DNA of 64,000 nucleotides from Nannocystis pusilla (GCF_026626665.1 NZ_JAPNKE010000002.1:3629168-3693167); one strand, 5' to 3'. Positions 38,801 through 51,399 are shown, counted from the stretch's first letter. Notes: generated by a model not told the origin, from the letters alone. A program made the numbers and translations.

Positions 38801-41800
38801 CGGTTCATGCGCGAGGAGCCCGACGACGGCGAGGGCCTCAAGATCCTCGGCGAGCTGCAGGCCCTGGCCGGCGATCACCAGGCCACCCTCGACACCCTCG
38901 GCAAGCGCCTCGAGAGCCTCACCGACGCCGCCCAGCAGGTCGTCACCCTCGAGCAGATGGCCGAGGTGTGCGAGTTCGGGCTCGGCCACGCCAAACGGGC
39001 GCTCGCGCTGCTCGGGCGGGCCCTCGGCATCGCCCCCGGCAGCCGCGACCTCAAGCAGAAGATCGAGGCGTTCGCCGAGCGCCACGGCATGTACAAGGAC
39101 CTGCTCGTCGTCTACGGCGAGCGCTTCACCGAGATGAGCGGCCGGGCCGAGAGCCGCGGCCAGATCGACCTGTGCCTCGGCGCCTCGGCCACCGCCGAGA
39201 AGAAGATCGGCGACCCCGACCTCGCCTTCGCCTGGGCGCGCAAGGCCTACTTCGTGGCCCTGCGCGCCGGCCTCGACGCCGGCCCGGTGCAAGGCCGCCT
39301 CGAGGGCCTGGCCCAGGCCCACGGCCTGTGGCCGCAGATGCTCGACGTCAGCGAGCAGGAGCTCGCCTTCCAGGAGAAGACCCCCAACTACGGCGACTAC
39401 GGCACCATCGCCCTGTTGATGTCGGCCGCCGAGATCGCCCGCGAGCGCCTCGGCGACCCCGCGCGCGCGATCGGCTACCTGCAGCGCGCCTACAAGCTGC
39501 GCCCCGACGACGACGACCTCGGGCGCCAGATCGAGGCCCTCGGCGAGGCCCACCAGATGTGGCAGGCGCTGATCGACCTGCAGGAGCTGCGGCTCGGCCG
39601 CGCCAAGACCGGCCTCGGCCGCTTCGACGCCTGCGTCGCCATCGCCAAGATCTACGAGCGCCACCTGAGCGACCCGAAGCGCGCCTTCCAGTGGCTGCGC
39701 CGGGCCGAGACCGACCTGCGCCCCGCCGACCCCTCGCTCGCCGAGGAGGCCGCCGGCCTGATGACCGAGCTGGCCCAGCGCCATCAACTGTGGCCCGAGC
39801 TCGCCGATCACCACCGCGGCCTCGCCCTCGCCAAGCTGCAGCGCAACGAGCGCGGCGGCCTCAATCAGCTCAAGGACTCGGCGCGCATCGACTACGAGAA
39901 GCGCCAGGACCCGCTCGCGTCCCTGCGCACCCTCCGGCTCGGCGTCGCCTACGACCGCGACGGCACCGCGCTGATGCCCGCGATCGAGGCGATGGCCGCC
40001 AAGGTCGACGAGAAGCGCAGCCCCGACACCCCGCCGACCGGCGCGCTCACCCTGCTCTCGGTCACCCAGCAGATCATCGGCCAGACCGTCGACCCCGCGG
40101 TCAAGCTGTCGCTGCTCAAGCGCCGCGCCGAGCTGCGCGCCGGCCTCGGCGACACCGCCGGCGCGATCGCCGAGTGGCTGCGCGCCCTCTCGCTCCACCC
40201 CGGCAGCGAGGAGGCCCGCTTCGAGCTCGACCGCCTGGCCGAGCGCGACAACCTGTGGCACCTGCTCCTGCTCGCGCCCGCGAGCGAGCTGCACTTCGGG
40301 ACAGGCAAGGCCCAGCAGGGCAAGCTCCTGACCCAGATCGCCGAGCTCTACGAGAACTGCCTCGGCCGGCCCGAGTACGCGCTCAGGGCCCGGATCGCCG
40401 CCTGGAAGCTGCAGGGCGACCTGCCCCCCGAGACAGGTGACCTCGGGCCCGTCCACAGCAAGATGTGGCACCTCGCCAGCCTGACCGGCACCTACACCGC
40501 CCCGCCGCCGGCCCGCGACCCGCTGCTGTGGCCGCAGATCGTCCCGCCCGAGCTGGCCGACCGCGACCAGTGGCGCAAGCTCGGCCTCGACCCCGACACC
40601 CTGGCCCCGCGCATGCCCGTCAAGCCGCGCGCCACCAACAAGGAGGAGTCGAGCGTGATGGAGCTCGACGACCTCGAGGAGGTGTCGCGCCCGACCGCCG
40701 AGATCCAGCTGTCCGAGCTCGAGCCGCTCGAGGAGCTGCGGCGCGGCGGCGGCAAGGAGGTCGTCGCCCGCCCGGGCAAGACCGTCCGCAGCGAGACGCA
40801 CACCAACATCGTCGACCTCGCCGACCTCGAGCCCGTCGAGCTGTCGGCCACGGCGGTCAAGATCCGCGCCCCGCGGCCGGCCCGCGGCGAGACCGACATC
40901 GTCGACATCGCCGACCTCGAGGCCGTCGAGGCCTCGGGCTCCGTCAGCGTGCGCGCGGCCGGCCTCCCCCGTCAGGAGTCCGGCGTATTCGACCTCGCCG
41001 ACCTCGAGCCGATCGAGGACAGCCTGGTCGGCCCGGCGCCGAAGCGCCCGAGCGCCGAGGTCTCGGGCGTGCTCGACCTCGACGAGATGCTCGAGCTCGA
41101 CGACGACGCCCCGCGGCCCACCTCGCACAAGCGCTCGCTGCCGCGGCCCGCCGCCAAGCCGCGGGGGCCGAACCCGCCGCTCAAGCCGGCCCCGCCGCGC
41201 CCGCCGGGCGGCAAGCCGGTCGCCAAGGCCCCGCCGCCGGCGCGCCGCCCTGCCGCTCCGCCGCCGCCCTCGCGCCCGCCCGAGCCTGTCCCCGCGGCCA
41301 GCGTGCCGCCGCCGCCCCCGGTCGCCAGCCGCGAGCTCATCGACGCCGTCACCGCCGGCCTGCCGGCCCTGCCCGAGCTCGACGCCCCGGTCCTGCCCGG
41401 CCGCCCGTCCGCCAGCTCTGCCTGGCACGAGCTGGCCCATGCCTACGCCTCGGTGGTCCCCGCCAGCAAGTCCGAGCGCGCCGGCCTGCAGCGCCTGCTC
41501 GCCCGCCTGTGGGACGAGGGCGCCGGCATGCCCGACGCCGCCCTCGAGCGCTACGAGGAGGCCCTCGCCCTGGTGCCCGACGACGCGGTCGCCCTCTCGG
41601 GCCTCGTCCACATGGCCGAAAGGACAGCCGACCCCGAGCGCCTGATCGCCGCGCTGTCGCGCCTGCTGTCCGACCTCACCCTGCCCGAGCACATCGTCGC
41701 CTATCACCTGCGCCTCGCCGACCTGTACGAACAGACAGCTCAGCCCGAGCGCGCCGAGGAGCAGTACCGCGGCGTGCTCGCCGTCTCGCCGAAGCACCTG

Positions 41801-44800
41801 GGCGCGCTGCGCAGCCTGGCCGCGCTGCACGCCAAGACCGGCCGCGAGCGCGAGGCCGCCGAGGCCTCGGCGCGCCTCTACGACGTCGAGGCCGACGGCC
41901 TCCCGCTGGAGGAGCGGATCCCCCGCGTCCTGCAGCTCGCGCGCGACCTCGCCTACCGCGCCGACCGCTCGCTCGAGGCCATCCGCCGCCTCGAGGCGCT
42001 GGTCAAGGAGACCCCCGAGACCGCCGACGTCCACGCCGAGCTGATCGAGATCCTCCAGCGCGAGGGCCTGTGGGTCCGCGCCGTCGAGGCCCTGCGCGCC
42101 GCCGCCGAGGTCGTGCCCAACCCCGACGCCCGCGTGCGCTGCCTGGCCCGCGCCGCCACCCTCACCGAGGAGCGCCTCGGCCAGCCCGACGCCGCGATCG
42201 CCGGCTGGTCCGAGGTCCTCGACCACAACCCCGGCGACCCCGACGCCCTGGTGCGCCTGCAGAGCCTCTACCTGCGCACCGAGCAGTACGCCAAGCTGCT
42301 GCCGATCCTCGACCGCCGCCTGGCCCAGGTCGCGCCCGGCGACCGCGACGCCCGCATCGCCCTCCTCGTCGTCAAGGCCCGCGCCCTGCAAGAGGGCCAG
42401 GGCGACGAGGCCGCCGCGCTCGAGACCCTCGAGACCCTCGCCGCCGAGGCCCCCGAGAACGACGACGTCGTGCTCGGCCTGTCCCGCCTCTACCGCAAGG
42501 GCGGGCGCATGGACGACGGCGTCGAGATGCTGCGCCGGCGCCTGGCCGAGATCGTCAGCGACATGGAGGTCCGCGTCGAGCCGCTCGACGAGGAGCCGCT
42601 GCCGTTCGACATCCCCGAGCCGGTCTCGCCGGCGCTGGCGGCCCGCCGCGTGCGGATCGCCGAGGCCCTGGCGACCGCCCTGGCCGAAGAGGCAGGTGAC
42701 CCCCGCGGCGCGCTCGAGACCCTCGACGAGGCGCTCGCCGCCGCCCCGCCCGACGCCGCGCTCGGCCTGCAGCGGCGCCGCGTCGCCCTCGCGCGGACCC
42801 TCGGCGACGACCGGGCCCTCACCGTCAGCCTCGCCGCCGTCGGCGAGCCCGACGGCATCCTCGAGGCCGCCGCGATCGCCCGCGACCGCCTGCACGAGCC
42901 CGAGCTGGCCGCCCATGTACACCCGCGTCCTCGCCGAGCTGGCCCCCGGCGCCCCGCAGCGCAGCCGCCGGCTGTCGCAGGCGATCGAGGGCCTGGTCGG
43001 CCTGCGCCTGGCCGCCGGCGACCTCGACGGCGCCGACGCCCTGCTCGACGCCCAGCTGGCCCAGATCGACGACCCCGAGATCCGCGCCCGGATCCTCACC
43101 GAGAGCGGCCGCGCCCTGCTGCGCGGCGGCCAGGAGCTCGCGCGCGCCCGCCAGCGCTTCGAGGCCGCCCTCGCCGCCGACCCCGACCACGCGCCCGCGC
43201 GCCTGGCCCTCGGCGCGGCCCTCATCGACGCCGGCCTGCACGCCGAGGCCGAGGCCATCCTCGAGGCCGCGGTCGAGGCGTTCGGCCTCACCCGCGACCA
43301 GCCGCGCCTGGTCGAGGGCCTCTTGATGCTGGCCCACCTGTTCGAACAGACCGACCGCGCCAACGAGGCCTACCGCCGCCTCTCGATGGCCCTGCGCCAC
43401 GTCCCCGACGACCTCGAGATCCGCGCCGCCATGGCCCACAACCGCGCCGCCGCCGGCCGCCACCGCGACGCCGTCGCCGCCCTCGAGCCGGTCGAGCAGC
43501 GCCTCGCCGCCGGCACCCCGGTCCCGCCCGAGCGCGCCCCCGTGGTCGCCGACCTGCTGATCCTCGCCGCCGAGTGCGACGCCAAGCAGAACGCCCCCGC
43601 CGAGCGCCTCGCCGCCCGCTACGCCCGCGCCCTCGAGCTGGCCCCGCGCCACCGCAAGGCCCGCGCCGCGCTGGCTCAGCTGGCCCAAGAGTCAGGCAGA
43701 CTGGTCGACGCCGCCGAGCACACCCTCGCCCTCGCCGACCTCGAGCAGGACCCCGAGGCCCGCGGCCGGGCCCTGCTCGCCGCCGGCATGCTGTTCCACG
43801 AGGCGGCCGGGGCCGCCGCCGAGACCGGCGAAGAGACCGTCGTCAGCGCCTCCGCGCAGAAGATCCTCGGCGCCGCCTTCGACGCCGTCCAGGCCGGCCT
43901 CGCCCTGATCCAGCACATCCCGCACCCGGTTCTCGACCGCCGCCAGCTCGAGGCCGCCTTCTGGACCGCCGTCTCGCGCAACGCCGGCATCGCCCTCGGC
44001 TGCCTCGACCGCCTGCTGCACCACCCCGACCTGCGCGAGGCCAAGCGGGCCGGCTTCCTGCTCGAGGGCGTCAAGATCGCCCTCCAGCGCGGCGAGCCCG
44101 GCGACCCCGAGCGCGCGCTCGCCTACGCCCGCGCCGCCGTCGAGCTGCTGCCCGACGCCGCCGCCCCGATCCACGGCCTCGTCGACGCCCTGCGGGCCTG
44201 TGGCACCGTCGAACAGATCGAGCCGGCGGTGGGCGCCTACCTGGCGCGCGACAGCGTCCAGAAGCCGCCTGGTGACCTGAGCGAGGCCCGCGATCGCCAG
44301 CGCCTGCTGGTCCGCCTGGCCGACCTCGTGGTCCAGGCCGAGCCCCCGCCTGACCCGAAGGACAGCCGGCCCGCGCAGGCGATCCGGCTGCTCGAGCGGG
44401 CCGCCGAGCTCGACCCCACCGGCCTCGGCCTGGCCCCGCGGCGCCAGCTCGCCCGGCTCTACGCCGACGAGAAGATCCAGGGCCCGCAGGTGCGCAGCAA
44501 CTCCGACGCCCTGCTCCACCTCGACCCGCTCGACGAGGCCAGCCTGGCCGCGCTCGCCCGCCACTGCGCCGAGAACGGCGAGGAGGGCCGCGCCCACGCC
44601 ATCCACCAGCTCTTGCGGATCGTCAGCCCCGGCCACGCCGAGGCCGGCGCCTTCCTCACCAGCCACGAGCTGCTGTCGGTGCGCGGCGGCAAGCTCGACC
44701 CCACCATGGTCATCGACCCGGCCCCCGCCGACGCCGGCGTGGTCCCGGCCCTCACCGCCCTGTGGGAGGGCGCCGCCGAGCTGTTGGCGGAGGAGCTGCC

Positions 44801-45536
44801 GCGCCCGCAGTTCAGCGAGGCCGCCTGGATCGAGGCCGAGACCGACAAGGACACCCTCCTGTGGAAGGTCTGGACCGAGCTCGGCACCCAGATGCCGGCC
44901 CAGGGCGTGCGCCTCGCCGACGTCGAGCTGCTCCCCGACATGCGCGTCGAGGGCGGCTGGACCAGCGTCTCGTGCGTGCATCCGCCGGTGATCGTCGTCG
45001 GCCCGGCCGCCCGCGCCGAGACCACCGCCCCGCGGCTGCGCTTCGCCCTCGGGCGCGCGCTGTTCTTCACCCGCCCCGCCGCGATCCTCGTCTCCGGCCT
45101 GCCGAAGCCGCTGTTCGCCGGCGTCCTCGCGGCCGCGCTGCAGGCCTTCCACCCGCGCCACACCCGGCGGGTGCGCGCCCGCGACGAGGCCGACCTGGCC
45201 ACACGGCTCGGCCAGACCCTCGCGCGCAAGCTGCCGATCCGCCTGGCCCGTCAGCTCAGCACCGGCTTCAAGGAGCGCGAGCAGGAGGGCTTCGACAGCC
45301 GCGACTGGCGGGCGTGGGTCCAGCGCTCCGGCGACCGCGTCGGCCTGTGCCTGTCGCGCAACCTCGGCGCCGCCCTCGACATCCTCGGCCTGCCCCAAGA
45401 GCCAGGCGAACGCAGCGCCGCCCTCAAGGCCCGCGCGGCCTTCGACGCCGACCTGCGCGACCTCCTGGTGTTCGCGGTCAGCCCCGCCTACGTCGGAGCC
45501 CGCCGCGCCCTCGGCTTCGAGGTCAAGTCCCGCTGA
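35898..45536 (+). CDS. giant (~3200 aa) TPR-repeat protein with central acidic DLADLEP repeats and Pro-rich segment; two frame breaks (~36690, ~42905)
   Basis: continuous TPR-like sequence across ORFs 35610..36836, 36740..44275, 42696..45536; possibly GltI/AgmK-like. Confidence 0.75.
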
Positions 45537-45679
45537 CACGCCCCCCGGCCGTCCACGAGGCCGCGAGCCCGTCAGGGTCCGCGGCCTCTTCACGTCCCCC
45601 GTCCGACGCCCGCAGCCGTGTCGCAGCGCCCGTCCGCCAGGTCGCGGCTGCAAGGCCGCGTCGAAGCGGCACGACCGCA

Positions 45680-46020
45680 TCTCACGACCTTCACCGTCCC
45701 CGGGTCCGCGTCACGCCGACCTCTGCCTCGCAGCTCAAGACCTCGCCCTCACCGTCCCCGAGTCTGCGTCACGCCGACCTCTGCCTCGCATCTCACGACC
45801 TTCACCGTCCCCGGATCCGCGTCACGCCGACCTCTGCCTCGCATCTCACGACCTCGCCCTCACCGTCCCCGAGTCCTCGTCACGCCGACCTCTGCCTCGT
45901 CTCACGACCTCGCCCTCGAGGTCCCCCGAGTCCGAGTCACGCGACCTCTGTCTCGTCTCACGACCTCGCCCTCACCGTCCCCGAGTCCGCGTCACGCGAC
46001 CTCTACCTCGTCCACCGCGC
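45680..46020. repeat. ~5.5 tandem copies of a ~62-bp unit (TCTCACGACCTYSMCCTCACCGTCCCCGRGTCYGCGTCACGCCGACCTCTGCCTCGCA)
   Basis: direct reading; intergenic. Confidence 0.8.
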
Positions 46021-46211
46021 CGCTCACGACCTCGAAGTCGGCCCCGCGGGTCGCCTCGCCCGCGCCCGCCTCACGAGACCGCGAGCCACGCCCGGCGTCG
46101 CACCGCGCCACCTCTCACGACCTCGACGCCGCGCCCCCTGTCTTTTGATTCAGCTCGCCTCGCCTCGCGCCCCTTGCGGCCCCGGCTGAATCGTGGACAA
46201 ATCCCTCGAAC

Positions 46212-47411
46212 ATGCCCACCGCGCCGCGCCTCTGGATCTCGCTGCAACTGAGCGTCACGGCCCTGGCCCTGCAGGCCTGCCTCGACCCCAACGCCAACAC
46301 CGAGACCGAGTCGACCGCGAGCACCGGCCCCGGCACCACCACCGGCGTCGACACCACCGGCCCCTCCGCGACCGAGCCGACCACCGGCGAGCCGACCACG
46401 AGCGAGCCCGGCACCACGGGCGAGCCCGTGTGCGGCGACGGCTTCGTCGACGCCGACGAGCAGTGCGACCTCGGCCCCGACAACGCCGACGACGGCGCCT
46501 GCACGAGCGACTGTCGCAACGCCACCTGCGGCGACGGCCTCGTCGCCAAGGACGCCGAGGAGTGCGACCTCGGCCCCGACAACGCCGACGACGGCGCCTG
46601 CACCACCGCCTGCCTCCTGCCCGCCTGCGGCGACGGCGTCCTCAACGGCGACGAGGTCTGCGACGACGGCACCAACGACGGCACCTACGGCAGTTGCCTC
46701 GCCGACTGCAGCGCCGCCGCCCCCGGCTGCGGCGACGGCCAGGTCGACCCCGAGAACGAGGACTGCGAGGACGGCCCCGACTGCCTGCCCACCTGCCGGT
46801 ACGCCCACAGCTGCCTCGAGTGGCAGGAGGCCGCCCCCGAGGCCGTCAGCGGCGTCTTCAGCGTCCGCCGCGAGGGCATCATGGACCCGATCGACGTCTG
46901 GTGCGCCCTCGATCCGGCCGTCGACGGCGGCGGCTACACCTTCCTCAAGGTCGACGTCGCCGCCGGCATGAACCCGAGCCCGGCCACCGCCGCCACCGCC
47001 GAGGCCGCCTGCGCCGACTGGGGCATGCAGCTGTTCATCCCGCGCAGCGCGGCGCACCTGGGGGCCGCCTTCCAGGTCGCCACCGGCGACAACCTCGAGC
47101 CGGTCGGGGGCGGCACCGTGAAGAGCGGCGCCGACTACCTGCAGATCCTCGGGATTTATCCGGTCACCGCGGGCGAGAGCTGCGTCGACGCGCCGCTCAA
47201 CGGGCTCGACTGTCCCGAGTGGCGCGCCGGCGACGACCAGGCGTGGTTCGTCAGCGACGTCGCCGTCGGCAGCGGCGAGCCCGACGAGCTCGGGGCGTGC
47301 GACGGCTGCTCGATGCTCTACCAGTGGAACCAGGACGGCAGCGTGAAGAGCTACAAGGCCCTGCCCCAGCCGGGCGGCTACAGCTTCCGCTTCCTGTGCG
47401 ACACGGGCGAT
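46212..47411 (+). CDS. lipoprotein with myxobacterial Cys-rich repeats (CGDGxV..EECD) and C-terminal fibrinogen-/C-type-lectin-like domain; 3' end uncertain (no in-frame stop)
   Basis: lipobox LALQAC; 4-5 CGDG repeats; ..SCLEWQEAAPEAVSGVFSV..DVWCALD..GGGYTFLKVD. Confidence 0.6.
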
Positions 47412-47454
47412 AACTGCCCTGACGCGCGCGGCGGGTTTGTGTCATTTTTTCGCC

Positions 47455-48324
47455 ATGGCTCGCTTACCTCGCAAAATCGCGCTCCTGGCCCTCCTGGGGC
47501 TCGCGTCGGCCTGCATCATCGGCGGCGGCAACACCACGAACACCTCCGACTCCGACACCGGCGAGTTCGTGTGCGACGACCCCAACTCGTACCTCGACGG
47601 CGAGACCTGCTACTGCAACGAGGGCTTCGAGTACTGCAGCGACGACCTGGACGACCTGTCCTGCTGTCCGGTCGAGGACACCACCACCGTCTCGAGCGTC
47701 GGCACCACCACCGTCGAGCCGACCTCGACCAGCGAGCCGACCACCACCACCGGCCCCGGCACCACCGAGTCGACCACGCTGCCCGAGACCAGCTCGACCA
47801 CGACCACCACCGAGGCGACGGCGAGCACCACCGAGACCACCGAGACCAGCGAGGGCACCACCACCGGCGGCGTCGAGTGCCAGGGCGAGCAGCCCCCGCC
47901 GGAGGACTGCCAGAACGGCCAGTTCTGGTGCACGATGACCGAGGCCTGCGGCCCCGAGGGCAGCCAGGTCTACCGCTGCGACGGCGCCACCTGGGTGCTC
48001 GAGCCCAACCTCGCCAAGGACAGCTGCAGCTTCGACGGCTACGACTTCGCCTACGGCTGCGTCGACACCGGCAAGACCGTCGAGTTCATCTGCGGCGACG
48101 GCCCCGGCACCCCCTGCGAGAACAGCGACCCCGCCAGCTGCGAGGACGACACCAACCTCAACACCTGCATCTACGGCAAGCTGTCGCAGTTCGACTGCTT
48201 CGTCCAGTGCACCGAGGTCGGCGACGCCATGATGACCCTGTACGACCACGGCTTCTGCGGCGAAGACATGGGCACCTCCGCCTGCCTCTGCTGCGACATG
48301 GGCGAGCCCGGCTGTCCCGTCTGA
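47455..48324 (+). CDS. lipoprotein, Thr-rich linker, Cys-rich C-terminal domain
   Basis: MARLPRKIALLALLGLASAC lipobox; TTTTEATASTTETTETSEGTTTGG linker. Confidence 0.65.
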   Translation: MARLPRKIALLALLGLASACIIGGGNTTNTSDSDTGEFVCDDPNSYLDGETCYCNEGFEYCSDDLDDLSCCPVEDTTTVSSVGTTTVEPTSTSEPTTTTGPGTTESTTLPETSSTTTTTEATASTTETTETSEGTTTGGVECQGEQPPPEDCQNGQFWCTMTEACGPEGSQVYRCDGATWVLEPNLAKDSCSFDGYDFAYGCVDTGKTVEFICGDGPGTPCENSDPASCEDDTNLNTCIYGKLSQFDCFVQCTEVGDAMMTLYDHGFCGEDMGTSACLCCDMGEPGCPV

Positions 48325-48329
48325 CCTGT

Positions 48330-48620
48330 CCCGCAGGCCAGGTCCGCCCGCGCGAGCAGGCCTGTCCCCTCGGCCAGGTTCCTGGATCGCGCGGACGACC
48401 GCGCCCGCGCGAACGTCTCCGCGGATGAGACCTGCCCCATCGGCCAGGTCTTCCTGAACCGCGGCGACCGCGTCCGCGCGAACATCTCCGCGGCCGGGAC
48501 ATGTCCCATCAGCCAGGTCTTCCGCGCCGCGCCGACGACCGCGTCCCCGCGAACGTCCCCCGCGCCCAGCACCTGCCCCATCGACCAGGTCCTGCCGGGC
48601 CGGGCGGACGACCGCGCCGC
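48330..48620. repeat. ~4.5 tandem copies of ~70-bp unit each starting CCTG(T/C)CCC-N3-GGCCAGGT
   Basis: direct reading; intergenic. Confidence 0.75.
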
Positions 48621-48718
48621 GAGCGAACCGAGCCGCCCCCGCGCGGCCGCCGGCGGTCCAAACGCCCCCAGTGCGGCCATGCGTCGCGCCGCCGCCCCGG
48701 ACCGGCTACCATCCCCGC

Positions 48719-48964
48719 GTGACTCGCCTCTACAACAAGCAGACCGGCGCCCTGATCGGACCTATCACCGACGACCAGCTGCGCGACCTCATCGATCTCC
48801 TCGTCGAGGAGAGCGCCGACGACCGCGACTACTACATCGACCGCGACACCCTCGATTACCTCGAGGAGAACCAGGTCGACGCCGAGCTGCTCGCCCTGCT
48901 GCGCAAGCACGTGCCCGAGGAGGGCGAGGGCATCGACATCGAGTGGCGCCACGATCTCGCCTGA
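48719..48964 (+). CDS. small acidic hypothetical protein (81 aa)
   Basis: VTRLYNKQTGALIGPITDDQLRDLIDLLVEES.. clean ORF, GTG start. Confidence 0.5.
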   Translation: MTRLYNKQTGALIGPITDDQLRDLIDLLVEESADDRDYYIDRDTLDYLEENQVDAELLALLRKHVPEEGEGIDIEWRHDLA

Positions 48965-49150
48965 CCTGTTCGCACCACCGATGCTCTCCCCTCGCTGCCC
49001 GAGGCGGCGAGAGCATCGACCTCGACTGGGCGCGACGAGCCCGCCTGACCTGTTCGCATCGTCGATGCTCTCCCTCGCGGCCCGAGGTTCAGCCAGGAGG
49101 TCGCGCCCTGTTCGCATCGTCGAACGGCTCGCCCCGCAGCCGCGGAGGGC
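48965..49150. terminator. repeated hairpins (CGATGCTCTCCC..GAGAGCATCG) downstream of small gene
   Basis: inverted repeat read directly; 2-3 similar copies. Confidence 0.35.
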
Positions 49151-49473
49151 GAAGTCTCGCCATCGAGCGGCGCGCCTCCTCTCGACCCGTCCTCGCCGCG
49201 GAAGCGATCGCCGCGCTCCACCTTCGTGGTCCTCGCGTCGTTCGGCGTGAGGACCCGCCGCGCCTGCCGCCTTCACGTCGCTATCGCGCGGCGGCCTGCG
49301 CCGACCTGACGCCCGCGTAACGGTCCGCGCACGGACGCGCTGCATCTTCCTCCGTCGCCGCTCCGCGGGCGCGGCTTCGGCCGGATGGGTGGGCCCAGGG
49401 CGCACCTGCCCGCGGACGTCGGCTGCGGCGGCGCGAGTTGCCGGCCTTCGTTCGACTCTCGTACCCTCGCGAC

Positions 49474-51399
49474 ATGCTCGCTTACAGCTTCGCTTGTCGT
49501 TCGCTGGGTCTCGTGATGCTCGCCTCGGCCCTCGCCTGTGGTCGCACCGACACCGCAGTGCTCACGGACTCCGGCACCGGCACCACCGACACCGACGGCA
49601 CCACCACGGCGGGCAGCACCACCGGCCCCGATCTGCCGACCACGACTGCGCCGACCACCGAGACCGGCACCATGAGCGGCACCGAGACCGGCACCACCCT
49701 GGAGCCGACCACCGAGCCTGCCACCGACACCGCGATCACGAGCACCGACGGCACCGTCACCGACGGCACCATCACCGACGGCACCGCCACCTCGACCACC
49801 ACTTCGACCTCGACCACCACCACCACCGGCGAGACCGACAGCACCACCGGTCCGCCGCCGATCTGCGGCGACGGTCAGATCGATCCGGGCGAGGAGTGCG
49901 ACGACGGCGACCTCGTCGATCTCAACGCCTGCTCCAACGCCTGCATCGCCGCCGTGTGCGGCGACGGCATCGTCCAGGAGCTCGTCGGCGAGGAGTGTGA
50001 CGACGGCAACGACATCGAGGGCGACGGCTGTTCGACCGGCTGTCGCCTCCCCGTGTGCGGCGACGGCATCGTCCAGCTCACCGAGGATTGCGACGACGGC
50101 AACCTCGACGACGGCGACGATTGCACCAACGCCTGCACCACCGCCGTGTGCGGCGACGGCGTCATCCAGGTCGGCGTCGAGCCGTGCGACGACGGCAACG
50201 ACCTCGACAACGACGACTGTCTGGTCGGCTGCGTCCTCGCCGAGTGCGGCGACGGCATCGTCCACGAGCTGCTCGAGGCCTGCGACGACGGCAACGACGT
50301 CAACGACGACGCCTGCACCAACGCGTGCGCCCTCGCCACCTGCGGCGACGGCATCTTGCAGATGGACGAGGCGTGCGACGACGGCAACGCCCTCGACGAC
50401 GACGCCTGCACCACCCTGTGCAAGCTCGCGGTGTGCGGCGACGGCTTCGTCCTCGCCGGCACCGAGGAGTGCGACGACGCCGGCGACAGCCCCGCCTGCG
50501 ACAGCGACTGCACCCTCCCGCAGTGCGGCGACGCCCACCACAACCCGGCCAGCGGCGAGGCCTGCGACACCGGCGGCGACAGCCCCACCTGCGACAGCGA
50601 CTGCACCCTCGCGGTGTGCGGCGACCAGACCGTCAACGGCGCCGCCGGGGAGACCTGCGACGCCGGCACCGAGACCGCCACCTGCGACGACGACTGCACC
50701 GCCGTCGTCTGCGGCGACGAGGTCCTCAACGAGAGCGCCGGCGAGGCCTGCGATCACGGCGGCCAGACCTCCACCTGCGACCTCGACTGCACCTTCGCCG
50801 CCTGCAACGACGGCGTCATCAACAGCGCCGCCGGCGAGAACTGCGAGGACGGCAACCTCGCCGAGGGTGACGGTTGCAGCTCGAAGTGCAAGGCGCACAA
50901 GGTCGTGTTCGCCACCAGCCAGGGCTTCGACGGCAACCTCGGCGGCCTCGCCGGCGCCGACATGAAGTGCCAGGCCGCCGCCCAGGCCGCCGGCCTCCCC
51001 GGCACCTACCGCGCCTGGCTGAGCGACGACACCGGCACCCCCGTCACCCGCTTCACCAAGTCGGCCATCCCCTACGCCCGCCGCGACGGCGTCCTCGTCG
51101 CCAACAACTGGGCCGACCTCATCGACGGCACCATCGCCGCCGCCATCAACCTCTCCGAGCTCAAGACCCCGCCCGGCTCCGACGCCAACGTCTGCAGCGG
51201 CGTCTCCCAGCTCACCTTCACCAATACCATCACCAACGGCACCATGTTCGCCGACTTCACCGATTGCCAGAACTGGACCAGCAACGCCCCCGGCTTCACC
51301 GGCGGCGGCCAGTGGAACAAGGCCGACGGCCTGTGGACGCAATTCGTCTGCCAGCAATCGTGCGCCTGGAAGAAGCCGATCTATTGCTTCATGCAGTAG
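49474..51399 (+). CDS. lipoprotein with ~11 myxobacterial Cys-rich repeats (TIGR02232-like) and C-terminal DUF1554 domain
   Basis: lipobox LASALAC; repeated CGDGIVQ..EECDDGN; C-terminus KVVFATSQGFDGNLGGLAGADMKCQ.. Confidence 0.8.
   Translation: MLAYSFACRSLGLVMLASALACGRTDTAVLTDSGTGTTDTDGTTTAGSTTGPDLPTTTAPTTETGTMSGTETGTTLEPTTEPATDTAITSTDGTVTDGTITDGTATSTTTSTSTTTTTGETDSTTGPPPICGDGQIDPGEECDDGDLVDLNACSNACIAAVCGDGIVQELVGEECDDGNDIEGDGCSTGCRLPVCGDGIVQLTEDCDDGNLDDGDDCTNACTTAVCGDGVIQVGVEPCDDGNDLDNDDCLVGCVLAECGDGIVHELLEACDDGNDVNDDACTNACALATCGDGILQMDEACDDGNALDDDACTTLCKLAVCGDGFVLAGTEECDDAGDSPACDSDCTLPQCGDAHHNPASGEACDTGGDSPTCDSDCTLAVCGDQTVNGAAGETCDAGTETATCDDDCTAVVCGDEVLNESAGEACDHGGQTSTCDLDCTFAACNDGVINSAAGENCEDGNLAEGDGCSSKCKAHKVVFATSQGFDGNLGGLAGADMKCQAAAQAAGLPGTYRAWLSDDTGTPVTRFTKSAIPYARRDGVLVANNWADLIDGTIAAAINLSELKTPPGSDANVCSGVSQLTFTNTITNGTMFADFTDCQNWTSNAPGFTGGGQWNKADGLWTQFVCQQSCAWKKPIYCFMQ

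Noticed and set aside
36488-43363. 2291-aa minus-strand ORF antisense to the TPR gene
   Set aside because: Arg/Gly/Ala-rich low-complexity translation typical of the wrong strand of a high-GC gene; the plus strand has a coherent TPR protein.
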